Source: Eledone cirrhosa (Eukaryota). Taken from it: a DNA stretch of 64,000 nucleotides. The position numbers and the translations under genes are program-made. The stretch is from NCBI GenBank assembly GCA_964016885.1, contig OZ024741.1, positions 314,402,001-314,466,000 of the forward strand, given 5' to 3'. Of this stretch, positions 1 to 11,144 are shown piece by piece. Below the pieces are notes generated by a model that was not told where the DNA came from, did no database searches, and worked only from the letters and a program-made list of their open reading frames with translations. Within the stretch, counting starts at the first letter, position 1. Each line of letters begins with the position of its first letter.

Positions 1-1258
1 CGGAGAGTAAGGAGCGTATTGAAGTCACATCTGAACAGCAGAAATGCCATAAGCGCAGTAAATTCCCGAGCTGTGTCTATTATTAGGTACAGTGCGGGAA
101 TTCTGAGATGGAATGTTGCTGAACAAAAAGAAATGGATAGGAAGACTAGGAAGATATTGACTATCTACAACATGTTCCACAAGGGGAGTGATGTCGATAG
201 ACTCTACCTAAGGAGATCTGAGGGTGGAAGAGGTCTTATCAGCATAGAGGACTGTGTTCAGATGGAGAAAAACAACCTATACAAATACGTGACCTATAGT
301 AAGGAGCCAATGCTCAGAGCTGTACTGAAGGAGGGGACAGTAGGCCAGGGGATATCCAAGGAGGAAATAACATCAAGGAGGAAGAGCAGCCTTAAGGGAA
401 AATCCCTTCATAGTACCTTCTTTGAGAAAACTGAATTTAGAGATCCACAGACATGGAACTGGTTGAGTAGAGGAGACCTCAAAAAGGCTACAGAAGGAAT
501 GCTAATGGCTGCGCAGGAGCAGGCCCTCAAAACGAAGTGGTTGAAGCACCATATCTACAAGGAGGAGGCTAGCCCACTGTGCAGGATCTGTGGAGAGAGA
601 GAGGAGACTGTGGCTCACATTGTGTCCGAGTGTAAACACCTAGCCCAGACCCACTATAAGGGCTGGAGACACGATGTGATGGGCAGGGTGATCCACTGGC
701 ACCTGTGCAAAGTAAACAATCTACCACATTCTGAGAAATGGTATGAGCATAGGCCAGAGGCGGTGATGGAGAACAGTCAGGTGAAGGTGCTGTGGGATTT
801 TAGGATACAGACGGACAAAAAACTGGAACACAATAGACCTGACCTGGTGGTTGTGGACAAAGAAAAAAGATCGTGCCTGATTGTGGATGTGGCCTGCCCA
901 TTCGACACGAGAGTGCAAGAGAAGGAGAGGGAGAAAATTAACCGATACCAGGACCTAAAGTGGGAGGTGAAAAGGATTTGGAACTGCCATGAAGTCAAAG
1001 TGATCCCGATTGTCATAGGCGCACTGGGGACTATCTCCAAAGGTTTCCAGGGATGGTTAAAGAAAATCGGCCCCTTCACGCTTTTTGGAACGCTTCAAAA
1101 GGCATGCTTGCTTGGAACAGCAAGAACCCTCCGATACGTCCTGAATATCTGAGGCTGCAGGTAGTGGCTTGATATTCAATCCAACGGACTTTCCAGTTAA
1201 CCAACATCAATGACTGAGATTCAAGGAATAACAATAACAATAATAATAATAATAATAA
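1..1258 (+). mobile_element. 3' part of an R4/Dong-clade non-LTR retrotransposon (copy A1), ending in a (TAA)n tail
   Basis: Open frame to 1152 with RT thumb (DVDRLYLRRSEGGRGL), CCHC knuckle CRICGEREETVAHIVSEC, RHD motif and PD..D..K restriction-like endonuclease (RPDLVVVD...VDVACP...EKINRY). Short 3' UTR, then aataataat repeats at about 1228-1258. Confidence 0.92.
19..1152 (+). CDS. C-terminal part of the R4/Dong ORF (RT thumb, CCHC, REL endonuclease); 5' end lies outside the window
   Basis: 377-aa uninterrupted ORF with the motifs listed for copy A1. Confidence 0.8.
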   Translation: MKSHLNSRNAISAVNSRAVSIIRYSAGILRWNVAEQKEMDRKTRKILTIYNMFHKGSDVDRLYLRRSEGGRGLISIEDCVQMEKNNLYKYVTYSKEPMLRAVLKEGTVGQGISKEEITSRRKSSLKGKSLHSTFFEKTEFRDPQTWNWLSRGDLKKATEGMLMAAQEQALKTKWLKHHIYKEEASPLCRICGEREETVAHIVSECKHLAQTHYKGWRHDVMGRVIHWHLCKVNNLPHSEKWYEHRPEAVMENSQVKVLWDFRIQTDKKLEHNRPDLVVVDKEKRSCLIVDVACPFDTRVQEKEREKINRYQDLKWEVKRIWNCHEVKVIPIVIGALGTISKGFQGWLKKIGPFTLFGTLQKACLLGTARTLRYVLNI

Positions 1259-1259
1259 T

Positions 1260-4200
1260 GGCGGCCGGCGGGGAATAGCCGTGTCTCTAGGGGAGAACGA
1301 CCCCTCTAGTCTTGGTTGACACTCGTTCTAGAAGTGGTAACACGAAATGATTACTCCTTGGCGGATAAGGATAAAACGCGACAAAATAAAGTAAATGTCT
1401 AATGATAAAATCTCATACCGGATCGGCCGTCACCCGGGTAAAAAAGGGCCGCGTCCCTCAGAGAGGAACCAGACTGGGGTCGAAAAATCAGCTAATGGTT
1501 CAAACCTTCCCATCACTTCGGAGCTGGAGACCTCCCATAACCGGAATACTCCTACTGTTGGCCCTCCGTGCTCACCACCAAGAAATCCAAAGAAAAAGAG
1601 AGAAAAATGGTCAAGGGAAGATAATAAAGAAGTCCTTGAGGCTTTCTACACTGCCATGTACTACCCATCAAATACATCGAATACAGAACAGACATATATC
1701 AACTGCAAAAAGAAACATCCCGAAAACAGAGGCTATATTGACAGTAACAAACTAGCCAATATACGAAGAAATATTGTAAGAAAAAAGTTACTAACTGATA
1801 TAGAAATTGATCAGATCAAGCTATTAGCACAAAGTCAGCGAAGGGAAAATGAAACATGTGTCAGTGAAAACGAGGTAAACAGTAACACTTCGAATCCCAG
1901 GGTTGGGGCGGAATCACTGGCAACAGAACAAATTAAAGAAAGGAGCGAAAAAGTGGAGGGAGTGCATGCTCAGGATGAAACTCCAAATGAAAATAATGAG
2001 ATCGTAAATGATAAAGAAATGAATGAGAATGAACTTGCCAACTTGAAGGATGAAATTATGATCGAATGGATGAAAATGAAAGAATCTGACATGGGGCAAC
2101 GAGACACCCTCCCTAAGATCCAGAACTCCAAACAGAACCAAAAGATAATACACAAGACTAACATAATTCTCAAAAACATTATCATCACAAACAAACTAAA
2201 CATTACTGATTTAAATCATCTCTATTATGCATCGGCTAAAGTCACCACTCACTTATGTGGAGTGAAGATGAAAAAACAAAGGAATTCCCACAAGAAATCT
2301 ACTTGGCAAGAGAACATCAATCGCCAAATAAACCTTCTCCGAGCTGACATAGAAATTTTAACAAACTATAAAGTAGGTGAACATGTTAAACAAACTAAAC
2401 TTAGAAAATTGAAAAAAAAGTACAGTATAAAATCAACATGTGACATAGACATGCTGATAGAAATAATCAAGCAAAAAGTGTCGGCCAAAGCTGCTCGTAT
2501 AAGGCGCTTTGAAAAACGATCTAGATTCTATAAGGACAATAATATGTTCAAAAACAACCAAAGAAACTTCTACAGAAAAATTGGTAAGTCAACAATAACT
2601 GCTAAATCAATACCACCCAAGGAGGAAGTGCAAGAATTCTGGGAAAAGATCTGGGCCGAAGAAAAAGTTCATAACATACATGCCCCATGGATAGACAGAC
2701 AAATGAAAGGTACAGCTCACCTTGAGGAACAAATATGGGAAAATATAACAGTTGAACAGTTGCGCTTGGCTCTAAGAAAAACCAGCAAATGGAAATCCCC
2801 TGGAAAAGACAAAATATAAAACTTTTGGATAAATGCCTTCACAGGGTCTCATGAGCTGTTAGCCCAACTTTACAATGAAATAGTTAAGGGGCCAGAAAAG
2901 ATACCATCATGGCTAGTTAACGGCATTACATTCCTGCTACCGAAGAATGATGAGACAAACAATCCCAACAATTACAGACCGATAACTTGCTTGACCACAA
3001 TGTATAAAATTTTAACATCAGTCCTAACTGAATACACATATGACCACCTGATAACAAATTACCTATTTCCCATTGAGCAGAAAGGGTGTAAACGAGGCTC
3101 ATATGGCTGTAAGGATCAGCTTCTGGTTAACAAAATGATACTGGAAGATTGTCATAATAGACACAAAAATCTATCGATTGCTTGGATAGATTATAAAAAA
3201 GCATTCGATAGTTTGCCACACAGATGGATTGAAAAATGTTTAGAGATTTTCAAATATCCCCCGTTGTCAGGAGGTTTTTGTCATTCAGTATGAAGACATG
3301 GAAAACGACACTCCTTTTGAATAGTGAAACAAAATCACTGGAAGCTGGAGAAGTTAATATTAATTGTGGAATTTTTCAGGGTGACTCTTTATCACCGCTT
3401 TTATTCTGCATCGCACTTATACCATTAAGTAAAATGCTCAATGAAACAAAACATGGATATAACGTCTATGACAAAACCATTAATCACCTGTTCTACATGG
3501 ATGACCTGTAACTATTTGCAAAAAATGATGAACAATTGCAAGGGCTATTATCCACTGTGGAGCAGTTCAGTGATGACATTAAAATGGAGTTTGGAAGAGA
3601 TAAATGCGCCAAAGCAACGTTCATCAGAGGAAAGCTGCTGAAGAGTTCAAACATTAATCTTGATCGGGGGAACGTGATCAGAGAACTTGATCAAGAAAAA
3701 ACTTACAAATATCTAGGTGTTTGTGAAGGAGACGGAATCAAGCACTCGACAATGAGGGAAAGGATAAGGAAGGAATGTTACCGCAGAGTAAGAGCAATCT
3801 TAAGAACGGAATTGAATGCAAGGAATAGAATCGATGCCATAAACACGCTTGCCATACCAGTAGTAACCTACAGTTACAATGTCATCAACTGGTCAAGCAC
3901 AGAGATCCGTAGGCTCGATACAAACATTCGAAAATTCTTAACCATGCACAGAATGCAGCACCCTAAGGCAGACATAGATAGAATATATCTCCCTAGGAAA
4001 GAAGGAGAATGTGGGTTAATCCAGTTAGACATTGCGTTGAAAACTGCAACAATTGGATTATCTACATATCTAAGGGAATCACATGATTGGATGATCAAAC
4101 TCGTTTTGAAACACGAAAGCATCAAACGATCGTATTCCATTACAAAAGATGCACAAAGATACAGTAATGGACTACAAATTTCAGAAGTCCCATTTACTGC

Positions 4201-5222
4201 TCAAATGGAAAACACAGAAAAAGCAAAGCAGGTAAAAGTAACTGCAAAGAAAGAACTGCTACAGAAACTGGCTAAGAAATGGCAAGAGAAGCCTCTGTAT
4301 GGAAAATACCCAGAACGAGCTAACAATCCTGATGTTGACAAAACTTTAACCCATCAGTGGTTGGCATCCTCTGGACTGAAATCGGAGACTGAAGGACTGA
4401 TTATATCAGCACAAGATCAGTGTCTGCCAACAAAAAATTACCAAGCCAACATAATAAAAAAATGGATGCAGCCCATTATGCCGTGTATGCAAAAAACATC
4501 CAGAGACCATTGACCATATAATTTCAATGTGCAGTCCTATAGCTCCAACCGAATACCTAAACAGGCATGACAGAGCTGCACAATACATACATTGGATAAT
4601 GTGTAAGCATTTTGACCTGCCCCATCAAAAGAATTGGTGGGAGCATCAACCACCTCCCATACTTGAAAAAGATCACATCTCAATCTTGTGGAACTTTAGC
4701 ATCCAAACACACCGAAAAATAGATGCAAATAGACCTGATATAATATTGAAGGACTTTAAAAAGAGGGTATGCCTGCTAATTGATATGTCTGTTCCAATAG
4801 ACAAGAATGTATCTATAAAAACATTTGAAAAATTGAGCAAGTATAAGGACCTGGAGATAGAAATTGGAAAAATGTGGAAATTGAGAACTAAAACAATACC
4901 AGTGGTTGTAGGCGCTCTGGGAATGATACCTAATGAGTCTAATGATTACTTATCGCAGATCCCAGGAAACCCGCGTATAGGAGAAATACAAAAGATAGTA
5001 CTAATGGGAACTGCCCATATACTAACGAAGATTCTGTCAATATAAGTACATCACAAGTCTAAACACTAAAGATGCATGTGTGAGTATGTATGTTCTTCCT
5101 TGAACATGGAGGACCTTGTTGACTCTTGAGGTCACTGGTTGTGACTTGGTGATAACTCGTATGAACATAAAGCAAGATAAATGCAACTGTAATAATAATA
5201 ATAGTAATAATAATAATAATAA
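1260..5222 (+). mobile_element. Apparently full-length but inactivated R4/Dong-clade LINE (family B)
   Basis: GC-rich 5' UTR. Single ORF from 1395 broken by a stop at 2817-2819 (GKDKI*NFWI), a frameshift near 3255, a stop after YMDDL (3509-3511) and a frameshift near 4460. RT motifs [30 protein letters not shown]; REL domain RHD/RPD; (TAA)n tail at about 5190-5222. Confidence 0.92.
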
Positions 5223-5224
5223 TT

Positions 5225-8200
5225 ATAACCAACTGGACGAAAGAATTGAATAGAACTGTTTTGCAATGTTACCTGAAGAGTAACCCCAAGGAAAAAGGCT
5301 ATAGGAAACGGATGCATAACATGTGGAACGAGATTGATGTATTTAAATTAGATGAACAAAAATTGGCCAGGCTGCTCGGGTAATAAGAACTAATGGGTGG
5401 ATAAGCGAGCTGGAAATGGAGGAACTGAGCAGAGAGATTAGGTTGGAAATGGAGAGTGGAGTATGCCAGGTAAATGAGTCAGTGGGAAATGAAGGTGAAG
5501 AGGTTGAGAGAACGAAAGAACCATCCGAAGCAAACAATGATCTGAATGCTGAAATAAATAATTATCCCAGTGTATTACTGGTACTTTATTTTATCGACCC
5601 CATAAGGATGAAAGGCAAAGTTAAATAAATAATACCTGGAATAAAGGTACGGCCATTGAGGAGATGAATGCTGACGGGCTAGGACAAGATTTGGTTGATA
5701 TCCTAAACTTAGTGTTGGATGAAATGAACAATGATAGTGGGAAACCTATGAACCTAAGATTTGTAGACAGGAAAAAGTTAAAAGAAACAACAGCTAAGGT
5801 AAACAAAGTCATCCCATACTTTGAGGCGAGGAGCCTTCACCAGTGCAACAATATCCTCAAAGCAACAGCAAATGCGGTGAGGAAATTACTTGTCATAAAA
5901 GCGAGAGGAAACAACAAACAAGAAAGATCAGAACCTTGGTGGAAGAAACGACTGACTGGTCAAATCAGGGAAATGAGAAATGACATTGGAAAGCTTGAGT
6001 CCCTACTGAATGGAACACTAAAAAACATCGACACTAAAAATAGACTGGAAATAAAGTACAAAACTAGGAGGAAAAAGCTAAATATTATCATAGAGGAACT
6101 GAAGCAACGCATTGAGGCTAAGAGTGCAAAAATTAGGCGATACGAGAGCAGAGTCAGTCAGTATAGACAGAACCGCATGTTTGACAACAATCAGAAGATG
6201 TTGTTTGGACAGCTTGAAGGGAAAGAAAGAGGCAACGAATTGATCCCTGAGGCGGAAAAAACTAAGACATTCTGGAGAGGAATATGGGAGCAGGATGTTA
6301 AACATAATGATCAGGCAGTGTGGATTGAGACAGTACAAAAGGAGATTAGTGAATAGGCACACCAACAAACTGATTTGAGTATCACAGTTGAAACTCTTAA
6401 GGGGCAGGCCAGAAAAATAACAAACTGGAAATCACCAGGCCCAGATGGTGTGCAGGGTTATTGGATTAAAATGTCACATCCCTCAACCCGAAACTGACAA
6501 CCATGTTCAATGACTGCTTGATGTCAGGTGAGGTACCAGAGTGGTTGACAAAAGGCACCACCGTTCTGGTAATGAAAGACTGAATCAAGGGTAATGATGT
6601 TACCAACTATATACGTATCACATGTCTGTCCGTAATGTGGAAACTGTTCACACGCATTGTGTCTGAGGAAATCTACCATCACCTCCACATAAACAACTTG
6701 TTACCGGACGAACAGAAAGGATGCCGAAAGAAGTCCCGTGGTACAAAGGACCAGTTACTTATTGATAAGATGGTAATGAGGAATTGCAAGAGGAGAGACA
6801 CTGGTCTTGCCATGGGATGGATAGACTGCAAAAAGGCATTTGACATGGTGCCTCATTCTTGGATCACCAAAAGCCTAGAGATCTTCAAGGTGGCAGATAA
6901 CATCAGACAGTTGTTGAGCAAAAGTATGAAGTCCTGGAAAACAGATTTAACATCAGCTGGAGAATCCTTGGGAGGCGTGAAGATCAAGAGAGGTATCTTC
7001 CAGGGAGATAGTCTGTCCCCTCTTGTGTTTGTCCTTGCCCTGATGCCCCTGACCATTATACTTCGAAAAGTGAGAGCAGGATACAAGTTGGGAAAGGGAG
7101 AGCTTACCATCAATCACATCCCCTTCATGGACGATCTTAATCTCTTCGGGAAGAGTTAAAAGGAGTTGGATGTGCTTGTTGACACTGTCCGTATTTTCAC
7201 CAATGATATATGTATGCAATTTGGTATTAGTAAGTGTGGAGTCCTTGTGATGAAGAGGGGTAAATTGAACAGAAGCAACGCACCCACACCAACAGGTGAG
7301 ATGATAAAGGAAATTGATACTAAAGAAGGATACAAATATTTAGATGTTCTGAAGGCTGATGACATCAAGAACAAAAAAATGAAGGAATTGATAACATCTG
7401 AATACATTCGGAGAGTAAGGAGCGTATTAAAATTACATCTGAACAGTAGGAATTCCATAAGTGCAGTAAATTACAGAGCTGTGTCTATTATTAGGTACAG
7501 TGCAGGAATTCTGAGATGGAATGTTGCTGAACAAAAAGAAATGGATAGGAAGTCTAGGAAGCTATTGACTATCTACAATATATGCCACAAGAGGAGTCAT
7601 GTCGATAGACTCTACTTTGTTCAGATGGAGAAAAACAACCTTCACAAATACGTGACTGATAGCAGGGAACCAATGCTCAGAATTGTACTGAAGGAGAGGA
7701 CAATAGACCAGCGGATGTCCAAGGAGCAAATAACAAAAGGAGGAAGTGCAACCTTGATAAAAAATCTCTTCATAGTACCTTCTTTGAGAAAACTGAATTC
7801 CGAGATCCACAGACATGGAACGGGTTGAAAAGAGGAGACCTTAAAAAGTCTACAGAAGGAATGCTAATGGCTGCGCAAGAGCAAGCCCTCAAAACGAAGT
7901 GGTTGAAATAGCATATTTTCAAGGAGGAGGCTAACCCACTGTGTAGGATCTGTGGAGAGAGAGAGAGGAGATTGTGGCTCACATTGTATCCGAGTGTAAA
8001 CACCTAGCCCAGACTCACTATAAGGGCTGGAGACATGATGTGATTGGCAGGGTGAACCACTGGCACATATACAAAGTAAACAATTTACCACATTCTGAGA
8101 AGTGGTATGAGCATAAGCCAGAGTCGGTGATAGAAAACGATCAGGTGAAGGTGCTGTCGGATTTTAGGATACAGGCGGACAAGAAACTGGAACACAATAG

Positions 8201-8612
8201 ACCTGACCTGGTGGTTTTGGAGAAGGATAAAAGATCGTGCCTGATTGTAGATATAGCCTGCCCATCGACACGAGAGTGCAAGAGAAGGAGAGTGAGAAAA
8301 TTAACCGATACCAGAACTTAAAGTGGGAGGTAAAAAGGATTTGGAACTGCCGCGAAGTCAAAGTGATCTCGATTGTCATAGGCGCACTGGGTACAACCTC
8401 AAAGAGTTTCCAAGGATGGGTAAAGAAAATTGGTCCAGCCCCGCTTTTTGGAACACTTCCAAAGGCATGCTTGCTGGGAACAGCAAGAACCCTCCGATAC
8501 CTCCTGAATATCTGAGGCTGCAGGCAGTGGCTTGATATTCATTTCAACTAACTTTCCAGTTGAATAACATCAATGACTGAGACTCAAAGAACAATAATAA
8601 TAATAATAATAA
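5225..8612 (+). mobile_element. Decayed R4/Dong LINE (copy A2, same family as A1), 5'-truncated near the ORF N-terminus
   Basis: Starts with NWTKELNRTVLQCYLKSNPKEKGYRKRM. RT motifs [19 protein letters not shown]. 7409-8600 aligns by eye to 1-1250, with a 45-bp in-frame deletion near 7616. (TAA)n tail. Confidence 0.92.
5558..5624 (-). mobile_element. Internal fragment of the tRNA-derived SINE inserted in Dong copy A2
   Basis: cccagtgtattactggtactttattttatcgaccccataaggatgaaaggcaaagttaa is the reverse complement of the SINE central domain. Confidence 0.8.
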
Positions 8613-8630
8613 TTATTATTATTATTATTA

Positions 8631-8816
8631 TTATTTCTACTTTAGGCACAAGGCCAGCAAATTACCCAGTACATTACTGGTACATTATTTTATCGACCCC
8701 GTAAGGATGAAAGGAAAGTTAACCTCCGCGGGATTTGAACTCAGACTGTAAAGGGACGTAACTATGCTAGAAAGCATAGCATCCAACCCTCTACCAATAC
8801 TGCCAACTCACCGCCC
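8631..8816 (-). mobile_element. tRNA-derived SINE with a Nin/Deu-like central domain
   Basis: Minus strand has an A-box-like TGGCAGTATTGG, a B-box GAGTTCAAATCC and a cctttcatccttacggggtcgataaaa core; about 190 bp and repeated throughout the window. Confidence 0.88.
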
Positions 8817-8829
8817 TAATAATATAATG

Positions 8830-10490
8830 ATTTCATTTATTAGCCACAAGGGCCGACATGTAGGGGACAATACAAAGACAGGGACAGTGGGGGTTTACAA
8901 TAAGGTCGACTAGAAGTGCACAATGGCAAGACTAATTTAACAATGAACATATGAAAATATAAAATAAACTATGCATAAATATAACAAAATAAATTCCCCT
9001 TTAGGGGGCGGACGACGCAGGGGTGTCTCAGGTACCCCACCAATCCTGAACCACCCTGCGCTTCTAGCGCACCCAGGGAGAGCACCCCCTCTGCACAAGT
9101 TAGCTAGCCTATAGGCGCATGGTCAGACGGCCATTCTCGCCACATTCATCCACCTTTTAGCAAATGTACTGGGGCACAGCACTTCTCTCTCCTCCCTCAC
9201 CTTCCTTTCCAGGTGAAACTTGAAGAAGTTGATGAGGGATTGGCCGAAGAGAAAAGTGTCCGTCCTCAGTCCTTTTGATCTGGTCCACCATATAACCTCT
9301 TTAGCAACGGCCACCAGACAGAGGAAAATTGCCTGCTCTTCCTGACCTAAGGAAGGCGGCGGGTCGATCTTGACTATGGACACGGTCGATAGACAGATTC
9401 GTTCCATACGCGACAGTAGCTGTTCGACATAACTTCACAAGTCAGTAATGCCCAGACTTTGGACAAGTGCGTGCAGAACGGTTTGGTCGTTCTGTGCGCA
9501 TCTTGGGCAGTTCCGTCTGACAGAACTTCCGTGCCTGTAGAGTTTATCCCCCCGGTAGCACTGCCAAGCGAGGGATTTCTGGAAATTTTCCATCGTCCCC
9601 GGCTCAAAAGTCCTCCGGTACAGACTGGTCAGTTCGACTTCGTCGAGGCCCAAAGCTTCTCCGAGTGCGTCATCGCACTTGCCCACCAATAATCCTCTAT
9701 TGAACTCGAGATTGGAAGTTCCACTGATCGCATTGCCCGCTTGGTAGAGGGTAGTGAGTGCCTGGCAACATTCCAGGTGCCAGTCACCCAGTCTCGGTCT
9801 CTTCTTGACCCAGGACTGCAGCTCTGTCAAAGAAACAAGCTGCGGAAAGGTACCTCTGATAAACGGCGACCACACCTATTCACCGTTTAGGCGCAATATC
9901 TGGAGATGTCGCAGCCTCAGGGCATGTCTGCGCATCATTAGCCACGGCATCCCCAGCCCTACGCGTAGTGGGTGCTGGCAGCAGATGGACCGTCTCACCA
10001 ACGGAACTTGTCCTTTCCACAAGAATTTGAAGAGGAGCCGTTCCAACTTGACGAGGCGCGGACGGGGGCAAGGCACGACGGTCAGGCGGTAGTAGATGAC
10101 GGACGCGATGTACGCATTCGCCACCTCCGCTCGACCTTTCAGTGATAGCTTCCTCCCAGCCCATTTTTGGGTGAGACTGGCTACTCTGCTCGTTACCTCA
10201 TCCCAATTCTTTTCCACCTGGAGGTCCGGTCCGAAACAAACTCCGAGCAACTTTACCGGTCCGTCCGTCCAGCGCCCCACGACGCTGTTGGACGGCATAG
10301 GCTTGTCTCTCCAGGTTCCGAGCTGCAATCCCACTGACTTTTCCGGGTTAATTTTGGCATATTTCTTCAATAAGGTGCTGACCGCCTCGATTTCTGAGGT
10401 GTCTGACACCATCAGGGTGATGTCGCCGCATAAGCCGACACCGCCTTTCCACGTCCCGGTTCGAGTGGGATGCCCCACTCGAACCGGGAC
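8830..10490 (-). mobile_element. 5'-truncated L1/Tx1-like LINE (RT C-terminus and CCHC zinc knuckle)
   Basis: Frameshifted pieces: AKINPEKS, WAGRKLSLKGRAEVAN, FLWKG, GLGMP, CPRC...TVLHALVQ. 3' end cccttgtggctaataaa. Confidence 0.88.
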
Positions 10491-10536
10491 TTCAAAAATT
10501 CTTGGTCAAAACAATTGTTTTGACCAAGAATTTTTG
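10453..10536. repeat. Two adjacent perfect palindromes at the 5' truncation junction of the Tx1-like LINE
   Basis: gtcccggttcgagtggg-atgc-cccactcgaaccgggac (10453-10490) and the 44-bp spacerless palindrome caaaaattcttggtcaaaacaa|ttgttttgaccaagaatttttg (10493-10536). Confidence 0.9.
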
Positions 10537-10905
10537 CTGGAGCCACTTTTTTAACATAAAAACAGTCTTGGCGCAAAATCAACTTTTTACATTCACATGA
10601 CCTCTACCGACCAATCAAAATTGTTTTGACCACAAGCATTTTTGCAACACAAAAATAACGCTGGAGCCACTTTTTTAACATAAAAACAGGTAGAATTCCC
10701 AAAACTAATCAGATCAGAGCAAACAGCACGGACACTCTATCTCAAAATTATTTTTGAAAAGCATTTAGAAATGCGCAACCGGTAAAAACTTAAAAAGTTA
10801 AAACCACAACTGAATACTAACCCATACAATCACTAATACTCTTTTATTCCTAATTAAACCATTTTTCAACTGTGAACAATTTGTCACCATTTTCTATTCC
10901 GTTTA

Positions 10906-10970
<65 letters not shown>

Positions 10971-11032
10971 GTATATATAGTGAAAGATTGAAGAGTAACA
11001 TGGTCGGCTCTACAACGAGAGGCTTTATTTCA

Positions 11033-11144
11033 GTAACTAACAATTGTTTCATTGATCAGGTGAGTCTAGAGGCCGCTAATCGCTCGAAGTTGCGTCACTC
11101 GATCTCCAATACATTATTTATCTCTGATCAAATCCTCAGAATAC
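11033..11144 (-). ncRNA. Type I hammerhead ribozyme candidate with a long stem II
   Basis: Minus strand: gtatt CTGAGGA t-ttgatcag...ctgatcaa-t GAAAC aatt GTT agttac. Palindromic stem III aacaattgtt; stem I is weak and bulged. Confidence 0.55.

Noticed and set aside
8593-8816. SINE mobilised by the Dong LINE (shared TAA context)
   Set aside because: The SINE tail reads ATTATT whereas Dong tails read AATAAT on the sense strand, and no shared 3' sequence was seen; the partner LINE is unresolved.
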